Origin: Caldilineaceae bacterium
GTDB lineage: Bacteria > Chloroflexota > Anaerolineae > Caldilineales > Caldilineaceae
Length of the DNA: 64,000 nucleotides
Direction: 5' to 3'
Assembly: GCA_965214715.1 (NCBI GenBank)
Contig: OZ243971.1
Span: 2,256,326 to 2,320,325, forward strand
The notes beneath the pieces are model-generated. The model saw only the letters and a list, made by a program, of their open reading frames with translations. It had not been told where the DNA came from and searched no databases. The position numbers and the translations under genes are program-made. This document shows, piece after piece, positions 56,657 to 64,000 of this stretch (within the stretch, counting starts at the first letter, position 1; the number at the start of each line of letters is the position of its first letter).

Positions 56657-57646
56657 CTACCACAACCCTTCGCGGTCCTCATTGGTTCTTTTTACGATAA
56701 AGTTGGCCACGACCACCACAACAAATGCCACGATGGCGTCAAACAACCCTATCGCCGCGCCATAGCTAAAGTCGAACTTTATCAGTCCGCGCCGATACAC
56801 ATAGGTCGCAATGACATCCGAAACATTGTATGTGGCCGGTTGCTGCAGCAAAAACGCTCTCTCGAATCCCACCGAAACGATCGTGGACACCGAGAGGATC
56901 AGCGTGACACTGATCACCGGCAGCAGTCCGGGCAGCGTGACGTACCGGATGCGTTGCCAGCGCGACGCACCGTCCACGATCGCCGCTTCATACTGTGCCG
57001 GCGGAATGCCTGTCAGTGCCGCCAGGTAGATGATCGAACCCCAGCCGATGCCTTGCCACACGACAGAGCCAACGTAGAGCGGGCGAAACCACGTCGATGT
57101 GCCCAGGATGCGCACCGTGTCGCCGGTCAGGGCCACCGCGATCTGGTTGACGATGCCATCGAAGCTGAAAAAGTCATATATCAGACCGACGATCACCACC
57201 ACGGCGATAAAGTGTGGCAGATAGCTGATCGACTGGGTCACACGCTTGAATAGGCCGTGCTGCTGTTTGACCTCGTTGAGCAGCACCGCGAACACGATCG
57301 GCAGCGGATACGAGATCACCAGCGTCCAGAAACCCAGCACGACCGTATTCTTTACCACGCGGAAGAAAAAGGGATCCTCAACGAACTTGCGAAAGTTCTC
57401 CAACCCCACCCACTCACTGCCTCCGATCCCGGCCACAATGTTGTAGTCCTTGAAGGCGATCTGCAGGCCATACATCGGAAAAAACCGAAAAAGGAAAAAA
57501 CCGACCAGCACGGGCAGCATCATCACATAGAGCTGCCCGTTATTGCGGATTTCCTTCGCCAGCCACACACGCCCGGCGTGCAGGCGTGTGCGGGGATCGG
57601 AAAGTTCCGGAACCAGCGCAGCATCGATTGTCACATCTTCGCTCAT
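56657..57646 (-). CDS. sugar ABC transporter permease (LplB-like)
   Basis: EAA loop YEAAIVDGASRWQRIRYVTLP. First gene of the operon. Confidence 0.9.
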   Translation of the reverse strand: MSEDVTIDAALVPELSDPRTRLHAGRVWLAKEIRNNGQLYVMMLPVLVGFFLFRFFPMYGLQIAFKDYNIVAGIGGSEWVGLENFRKFVEDPFFFRVVKNTVVLGFWTLVISYPLPIVFAVLLNEVKQQHGLFKRVTQSISYLPHFIAVVVIVGLIYDFFSFDGIVNQIAVALTGDTVRILGTSTWFRPLYVGSVVWQGIGWGSIIYLAALTGIPPAQYEAAIVDGASRWQRIRYVTLPGLLPVISVTLILSVSTIVSVGFERAFLLQQPATYNVSDVIATYVYRRGLIKFDFSYGAAIGLFDAIVAFVVVVVANFIVKRTNEDREGLW

Positions 57647-58180
57647 GGTGCCACCTTGAGATGCGTGGTGAGCATATAACTCTTGACATGCTCCTGCAGG
57701 GCTGTGCGGAGGGCCGGACCTCGTGCAGGGAATGCCATCAGAGTGGTTTCCACGCTTCCGCTCCTGTGAGCCTGACCTCTATGGGCCATGCATGTTGCAG
57801 CGCTATCAGATATTCATTATGAGTGCAATGGGAAAGCAGGAGAGTTGCACAATCTGGATGGAGTTCCAATTTGGGCCATAGACGCGCGACAAAGCTGTTG
57901 TGGGATGTATGGTGAGGCCCAATGTCAAGACCACAAAACGTTTGCAATGATGTGGTCATTCATGAACTCACTCCCTTTTCAGGTTGATGAACGCACTATC
58001 CTAACAGACCGTTATGACCGTTCTTTACCCAAATTGAAATGCGATTGCCCGGTGTGTACGGCACTATACACGCAGCGATGGGCGGATCAGCTCTGTATCG
58101 AATTGGGGTACCAAGTGTTTCATGCGCGTCCCGCATATCAACGCATGTCAAAGGGAGCAAAGAGACGCCAATATGGAAAT

Positions 58181-58423
58181 TCAGATCCGTTGGGCGGAGC
58201 GGTAGGCCCGCAACATGAGCGGCTCTAGATACGCGCCGCCGCCCCTGGCAAATTGGCCGCTTTCGCTGTAAGGGTAGCGTGCCCTGATCTCGTTCGGTAT
58301 GACGATGTGGTCGGGGACATCGACGATGCCGAAGCCAAGCTCCTCCCCGCAGCGCACCCGTGTCCTTAACGTTTCCGGGCGGGTCATCGGCCCGCTGGTG
58401 GGTACACCGAGCCCGAATTTCAT
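58181..58423 (-). pseudogene. N-terminal stump (about 75 aa) of an LLM-class luciferase-like oxidoreductase
   Basis: MKFGLGVPTSGP...CGEELGFGIVDVPDHIVIP...YLEPLMLRAY matches the first quarter of LLM-family proteins and then stops. No continuation in any frame. Confidence 0.5.
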
Positions 58424-58478
58424 AACGCTGGTTTTCTTGCGGCTGTCAAATGTTTATGGCATTCGCTGCGTAGTGCGT

Positions 58479-59531
58479 TTAGCCTTGATTTGTATCCCAC
58501 TCAATCAGCACGCCGAGGAAATCTCTCGGGTGCTCAACGAGCATCGCATACATCTCTCCAACGTCGTCTGGCTGAACTCGGTGACTGATCAGCCCCTCGC
58601 CCAGCAGCGAGCCGTCCGCGAACAAACGCAAAACCAGATCAAGGTTGCGCTCACGGGTCCACGGATCGCGAAGTGTGTACGGATGCCCGGATACGCGAGC
58701 ATGCGCGCCAATCAGCGAGATTCCTTTGTGGTGGACAGCCCTGTATGGATCGATTTCGACTGTGCCACGCGGGCTGCCCAGCAGCACCACACGCCCGCCG
58801 TCGCCTGCCAGGTCCAGGGCTTGCGGTAGTACACGGGGATTGCCGGTCGCTTCGATCACCACCTCCGCCATGTGTCCCCCGGTGATATCGTACACTGTCT
58901 GCGCGATGTCCGACTTGTCCGGATTGAGAGCGCGGATACCGCTGGCTTCTGCGATCCCCACGCGATGGGGGAAAAGATCGACCCCAATCACGGGCCGCGC
59001 GCCGGACAGGCGAGATAATTGCGCCGCAAACTGGCCAATCAGCCCCAGACCCAAGACCACCACCGTTTCGCCCAGCGCGACTTTGCCCTGACGCACACCC
59101 ACCACGCTGATGCCACCCAGCACAGCCAATGCGCCCTGCTCCATCGTAACGTCTGGTGGCAAACGCCACATTCTGGTTGTGCGTACATCACACACGGCCC
59201 AGTCGCCATGCGCTGCGTAGACGACCACCCGGTCGCCTGTCGCCCATTCTGCCACCTCGCGGCCAACCGCCTGTACGGTGCCTGCCAAGGCATAGCCCAT
59301 ATCGATGGGAAATGGTGGCGGATTTGGCCGTGAGAAACCGCTGTGTGCACCACTGTACATCGCGATCTCTGTGCCCGCGCTGATGAGCGAGCGGGCTGAC
59401 TTGACGACAACCTCATGTGGGGCGGATACCTCTGCGATTTCGAAAGTTTCCCATTCAATCTGGCGAATGGCCTTACAGACCAGGCGTCTGGCTTGCACGG
59501 TGTTTTTCCTCTTGGATTGCTGTGTCGTCAT
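58479..59531 (-). CDS. zinc-type alcohol/polyol dehydrogenase (MDR family)
   Basis: SLISAGTE, VVVLGLGLIGQFAAQL. ATG 59531 overlaps the upstream gene by 59 nt, so a GTG at 59498 is an alternative start. Confidence 0.85.
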   Translation of the reverse strand: MTTQQSKRKNTVQARRLVCKAIRQIEWETFEIAEVSAPHEVVVKSARSLISAGTEIAMYSGAHSGFSRPNPPPFPIDMGYALAGTVQAVGREVAEWATGDRVVVYAAHGDWAVCDVRTTRMWRLPPDVTMEQGALAVLGGISVVGVRQGKVALGETVVVLGLGLIGQFAAQLSRLSGARPVIGVDLFPHRVGIAEASGIRALNPDKSDIAQTVYDITGGHMAEVVIEATGNPRVLPQALDLAGDGGRVVLLGSPRGTVEIDPYRAVHHKGISLIGAHARVSGHPYTLRDPWTRERNLDLVLRLFADGSLLGEGLISHRVQPDDVGEMYAMLVEHPRDFLGVLIEWDTNQG

Positions 59532-60561
59532 CCACCAAAGGCAACTTGATGGACTGCGCACTCGCTGCCGAACGGTAGATGGCGCGGATGATCTCAACTG
59601 CCTTGCGCCCCTCGGACCCTTCGACCGCGGGTGGTCGATCCTCGCGCAGTGCTGCGATCAGATCCACGATCTGGCGACGGTGATTCTCATAGCCGATGGC
59701 GGCTGGATCCTGCGAGCCACTCCCTGGACTTATCTCTAGACTCAGCATCTTCGCTTCCTCATCCGGCACTGCGTCTGCTAGTTGCCAGGTGACGATCTGC
59801 CCCTCCTCCAACGCGATCGTCCCTCCGTCGCCGTGCAATTCGATCCGTGCCGGGTCGCCCGGCCAACAACTGGTCGCCCCTTGGATCACCCCCAGCGCAC
59901 CGGTGTCGAACACCAGCACTGCCGATGCCGTGTCCTCAGTCTCCATCTCGTGGCTCAACGTGGCCGTGCGCGCGAACACGCTCTCCACCGGACCGGCCAA
60001 CCATTGCAACAGATCAATGCTGTGGATCGACTGGTTCATCAACGCACCCCCGCCGTCCAATGCCCGTGTTCCGCGCCAGTTCACGCCGTAATATTCTTGT
60101 GGACGATACCATTTGACGTATACATCGGCCATGGTCAGCCGTCCCAGCCGCCCGGCCTCAAGTGCGGCCTTGGCTTTGCGCACCCCTGCCATAAAGCGCA
60201 GCGGAAAGACACTCGCCAGCGTCACACCGGCCTGGCGGGCCGCGGATATGATTTGGTCCACACGCGGCAACGTGATGTCGAGTGGCTTCTCTACCAGCAA
60301 GTGCTTGCCGGCAGCCGCCGCAGCGACGGCAATCTCGGCATGGTTACCGCTGGGGGTGCAAACAGAGACGACGTCTACGTCGGGGCGGACCACCGCCTCT
60401 TCGTAGTTGGGCGTCCAATCGGCACCGTGGGTCTGCGCCAGGCGTCGGCCCACTTCTGCACCGCGATTACAGACAACTGTCACGCGCGCCTCGGGAATAT
60501 GGGCAATGGCTTCAGCGTGAATGTGGCCAATGTTCCCGGCGCCAATGATAGCGATATTCAT
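59473..60561 (-). CDS. Gfo/Idh/MocA-family oxidoreductase
   Basis: MNIAIIGAGNIGHIHAEAI and HLLVEKP motifs. Confidence 0.9.
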   Translation of the reverse strand: MNIAIIGAGNIGHIHAEAIAHIPEARVTVVCNRGAEVGRRLAQTHGADWTPNYEEAVVRPDVDVVSVCTPSGNHAEIAVAAAAAGKHLLVEKPLDITLPRVDQIISAARQAGVTLASVFPLRFMAGVRKAKAALEAGRLGRLTMADVYVKWYRPQEYYGVNWRGTRALDGGGALMNQSIHSIDLLQWLAGPVESVFARTATLSHEMETEDTASAVLVFDTGALGVIQGATSCWPGDPARIELHGDGGTIALEEGQIVTWQLADAVPDEEAKMLSLEISPGSGSQDPAAIGYENHRRQIVDLIAALREDRPPAVEGSEGRKAVEIIRAIYRSAASAQSIKLPLVDDDTAIQEEKHRASQTPGL

Positions 60562-60651
60562 AAGGTGTTGTTTCTCAACTCCTCGAATTGGCGATTCGAA
60601 AACGGTATTGAGCAAGCGGCGTCATGATTCGACTGAAGGTTGGTTCGGTGC

Positions 60652-61668
60652 CTACAAGCTCAATCCATACGAGCCAGTGTCAGCCGCTTGTTGCATGGTC
60701 AACGTGGTCCTCGTGGCTTGCAGGACGCTCTCGGTACACACCGCATCCGCGGCCGGTTGCCCATGAACATCGCGGAGAAATGACTTTACATAGCCTCCCG
60801 GATTGCCATCTGGCAAAGGCTCTGACCTCAGTTGTTTTTCGCCGTTTTGGTCCAGAGTAATTTCATCCGCCGTAAGCGAGGTCTCAAGCACCCCTTGGCG
60901 GCCCCAAAGCGTCATGCGCCAATAGTGCGGCAGCGAATAACCAAAGCTGTCGGGCATGAAATACGACACATCCACAAGTACCCTACAGCCGTTGTCCATT
61001 GTCAGCATCAATTGAGCGGCATCCTTGAAGTGGGGCAGATGCGAAGCAAAGGCATTCCAGCAGCGGGCGGCATTGACCGTTGTGAACCGGAGTCCCGTGA
61101 TCCAGGGAATGGCATCTATGGCGTGGACAGCAATATCGTTGATCGTTCTCCCATGTTGGCCCGGCTCGAAATACCCACGATGGGCGGCTACCGAGCATCA
61201 AAGGGTGCTGACCGCCGAAGGCAATGGCGTGAATCTCTCCAATCACGCCCCCGCGCACCATTTTCCTGAGCCAATGCATTGCGGGGCGTCGCGATGATCC
61301 AACATACAGCCGATTTTTAGTCCCTGCCGGGTGGACAATTGCTCAAGCCGATTCAATTCGTCCAGGCTGGTGCAGAGCGGTTTGTCACTGATCACATGCT
61401 TGCCTTGGGACAGCGCCTTGATGATGAGGCCGCCCCGTTTGGCATAGCAATCACCGATCGCAACAACATCACAGTCTGCCTCGGCCAGCATAGCGTCGAA
61501 ATCGTCGTGCGTGATTGCCGCCGAGCCTTGCGCCACAAGCTTTTCCCGTACCGTTGGGTCCGCCTCACAGGCGGCCACGATCTCGGTATCCTCCATGGCA
61601 ATGACCCGGCGGTAAAGGTCAAAGATGTGAAAATGTCTAAATCCGGCCACCGCTACTTTGATTTTCAT
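60652..61668 (-). pseudogene. Gfo/Idh/MocA-family oxidoreductase broken into at least three frames
   Basis: MKIKVAVAGFRHFH...HVISDKPL (61668..61243), MHWLRKMVRGGVIGEIHAI (a second frame), MLTMDNGCRVLVDVSYF... (60652..61011). Confidence 0.7.
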
Positions 61669-62333
61669 GACCAATCCCTTTTGTGTGCCTGTGTATCCCG
61701 ATGTCCAGTTCACTGTGCCTGACAAAATGCCATTTCTCTGCGCAAGCGACCGGTCGCCTCCGCTGTGCCTGCCCCGTAGGGCAGAAAGTCCGTGTTGGAC
61801 CGGATCCCCACGACCTCGTCGCCACGCCACATCAAGCGATATGCCACACCATCGGTGGGTTCCTCCAGCGTAGTGACAGGCAGGTCACACTGAATTTTGC
61901 ACGTCTTGTTCTTGCACCGGCACCACGATAGATGGGCCTACCCAGGCCGGGCGAGCTGATACCCGTTGCCGGCGTCCACCCAGGCATGCGAACGAACAGG
62001 TTTTGCGCAATCTTCGGTCGCAGGGCGAGAAGGCCAACTTGGGTCCGGCTTGTCTCTATACACAAGCGCGCATCCCCGTATTCGAAATGGAAATTGACCA
62101 ACGTACCCAAGGGCGTGCATGAGGTACGCCCTCAACTGACCGTCCCACGTTCCATCATCGCGGCTATACCGGTCGAGAGCGCGGACCATGCGGGAGTCCT
62201 GGCTGGCTCCCCAACCTGCATGTGGCGCGCTTCTCTCGGTCGATCATGGCGCTCCAGTATGGCTGCTAGCCGTGAGACGGTGAGAGGATATTGAGCATAT
62301 TCCTCCCCGCCAATTCTATGGATTGCTTGAACG

Positions 62334-64000
62334 TCAACATGCTTTGTTTCCCCATTGTGTTTTGCCATCTATCCATGTACGCATCGACGACCTGCTGTCA
62401 CGATTTGCCCACGCATAGTACGGAATGAACGTCGTCATACCATCCGGTTCGTCGCATGCCCCGCCGTATCCTTGTAGAGCAATAACCCCACCGAGAAGAT
62501 CCTGCCTGAAATCTGCCTCAAATTCGTTCAACAACGCTGACTGCCGATAGTGCCCTATGAGCGCGCGGCCGTCACCCGCCTCATTCCTGGCCGGCAATGC
62601 AACACCCACGTCCCACATATCCATAGCGGGATTGTCCGTACTCTCGACGCAATACACAAGCGGACCGCGACATAGTGCAACCTTGCCCTCATAGAACCTG
62701 GCACGCGGATCGGCAGTCACGGCAACAACGGGCATCGGCAGCTGCAGTGTGACCATATCCCCTTTGCGCCATTCTCTGTTGATGCGACAGTAGGTTCCCG
62801 ATGCGATGGCGCCTTCGAAAGGTTGTCCATTCACCTGCACAGCGGGATTGCGGCACCATCCAGGTATTCTCACGTTCAGGTCAAAAGTGGAAGGCCGTTC
62901 AGGATCAAGCGTGATGTTTACTGTACTGTCCCATGGATACCTCGCGTCCTGAGCCAGGCGGAGTTTCGCCCCATCGGCCAGGTGCCAGTCCAGCGTACAA
63001 CCATCATACAGGTGAACCCACACCCCATCCTGTGAAGTGCTGAACACGTATCCCGGCAATGATGCGATCATGCGCAGCGCGTTGGGCGAGCAGCAACTCG
63101 TGGAGGTTGATGACCAGGGAGTGCGTTGCCAGTGGTTGCCGTTGGATGAGAGAGGACACATATAGTGGAACTTGCCGCCGTCAAGGGATACGTGCGCCAG
63201 GAAGCCGTTGTACAGCGTCCTTTCCATCAGATCGGCGTACCTGGCATCGCCCGTCAGGGCCAGCATGCGCCAATTCCAACCCGCGTTTCCAATCGCTTCG
63301 CACGTTTCCAAACCAGTGCGCAGCAACACCCGAAAGACCCCCGTATGCAGATCGAAGGCGTCTTTGCAGATGAGTTCGCAGTTCTCAGAGTCCACAGCCA
63401 ATTGGCCAGTGAGATGCAGCTTCCCGGTTGTCATGTCATCCCAGATGGCTGTGAGCTTGTCCATGAATTCCGGGTCGCCGGTTTCCGCACAATAGTCGGC
63501 CCCGGCGCACAGGAGGTATGTTTGACGTACAACGTGCCTGCTCACGTAGCCGCGGAAATCGGAGCCGACAATCGGAGGCTGTCGCAGCAGTGGGGTGAGG
63601 AAATGTCTGGCGCCGGCGAGATAGCGTTCTTGGCCCGTGGTGCGGTAGAGTTCGACCAATGCCATTTCGATGACGCTGTGCCCAGCAAAATTCTCGCCCC
63701 GAAACTGCTCGCATACTGTGTCAGCAACACGCTCCGCGCATTCCAGAAACTCGGTCGACCCAGTTGCACGATGGTGGGCAATGGCAGCCTGGATCAGATG
63801 TCCTGGAGTGCCCAGTCCGTATGATCGTTCGAAATCGTCACCATAGTAGACAGTCCAGAATTGATTGTCTTGATGTGCATTGGCAACGCCGGTCACAAAC
63901 ACATCGAGCAAGGCACGCGTGTCCGGATCGTCTCCGGACTGTATGACATATGCACAGGCTTCCAGCCATTTTTGAAAATTCGCGCGCCAGGAATGCCCGT
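62334..64000 (-). CDS. GH127 (DUF1680) beta-L-arabinofuranosidase-like glycoside hydrolase, 5' end beyond the window
   Basis: The frame stays open to position 64000 (GHSWRANFQKWLEACAYV...). HLIQAAIAHHRATG, HSVIEMALVELY, RIPGW and GPLVYCVE are motifs typical of DUF1680. Confidence 0.85.
   Translation of the reverse strand, partial: GHSWRANFQKWLEACAYVIQSGDDPDTRALLDVFVTGVANAHQDNQFWTVYYGDDFERSYGLGTPGHLIQAAIAHHRATGSTEFLECAERVADTVCEQFRGENFAGHSVIEMALVELYRTTGQERYLAGARHFLTPLLRQPPIVGSDFRGYVSRHVVRQTYLLCAGADYCAETGDPEFMDKLTAIWDDMTTGKLHLTGQLAVDSENCELICKDAFDLHTGVFRVLLRTGLETCEAIGNAGWNWRMLALTGDARYADLMERTLYNGFLAHVSLDGGKFHYMCPLSSNGNHWQRTPWSSTSTSCCSPNALRMIASLPGYVFSTSQDGVWVHLYDGCTLDWHLADGAKLRLAQDARYPWDSTVNITLDPERPSTFDLNVRIPGWCRNPAVQVNGQPFEGAIASGTYCRINREWRKGDMVTLQLPMPVVAVTADPRARFYEGKVALCRGPLVYCVESTDNPAMDMWDVGVALPARNEAGDGRALIGHYRQSALLNEFEADFRQDLLGGVIALQGYGGACDEPDGMTTFIPYYAWANRDSRSSMRTWIDGKTQWGNKAC

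Noticed and set aside
57647-58180. ORFs in the lower-G+C gap upstream of the sugar ABC operon (57788..58228 +, 146 aa; 57738..57959 -, 73 aa with a GGGAGTGAG RBS).
   Set aside because: No recognisable motifs and odd Cys/His-rich composition, and the two overlap each other. They could be a regulatory leader or a relic. Not enough support for a gene call.

Overview
High-G+C (over 60% by eye) bacterial chromosome segment with strong AAGGAGG-type ribosome-binding sites. The gene content (ThuA, many Gfo/Idh/MocA genes, GH127, a UPF0261 pair) would suit a Chloroflexota-like organism, but that is only a guess.

Layout:
- 1-6.6 kb: housekeeping block on the minus strand (infB start, ylxR, nusA, uppP, tgt, tag, an EamA transporter).
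- 7.1-9.7 kb: visibly lower-G+C island carrying an ABC-ATPase plus Toprim/DUF4435 pair with PARIS (AriA/AriB) architecture. Both genes are frameshifted, and an ISAs1 transposase relic lies next to them.
- 10.6-19.8 kb: mazG, tRNA-Arg and assorted small-molecule catabolic genes.
- 20-24 kb and 37.6-42.3 kb: the most unusual content. Four paralogous polytopic membrane-protein genes share a roughly 115-125-aa C-terminal domain, six copies in total. One locus is a 1.7-kb inverted pair; the other is a 2.24-kb tandem array.
  - Every G/C homopolymer of 11 nt or more in the window (C15, G16, G11, C11) lies in this family.
  - Three tracts sit directly behind a start codon. The fourth splits one copy.
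  - This looks like a set of slipped-strand contingency (phase-variable) loci.
  - Both loci sit inside wrecked genes: an AstE-like gene, and the rloB-like partner of a decayed AAA_21 ATPase.
- Also present: two copies of a 170-190-bp MITE-like element with 8-bp target duplications (one cleanly splits a secreted LysM protein gene), IS630 and other IS relics, a peptide-type ABC operon with AstE-like and sarcosine-oxidase-like genes, ggt, and a 46-64 kb carbohydrate utilisation cluster with several decayed genes.

No rRNA, CRISPR array, reverse transcriptase or intact transposase or recombinase was seen. All family assignments come from motif recognition by eye, not from searches.
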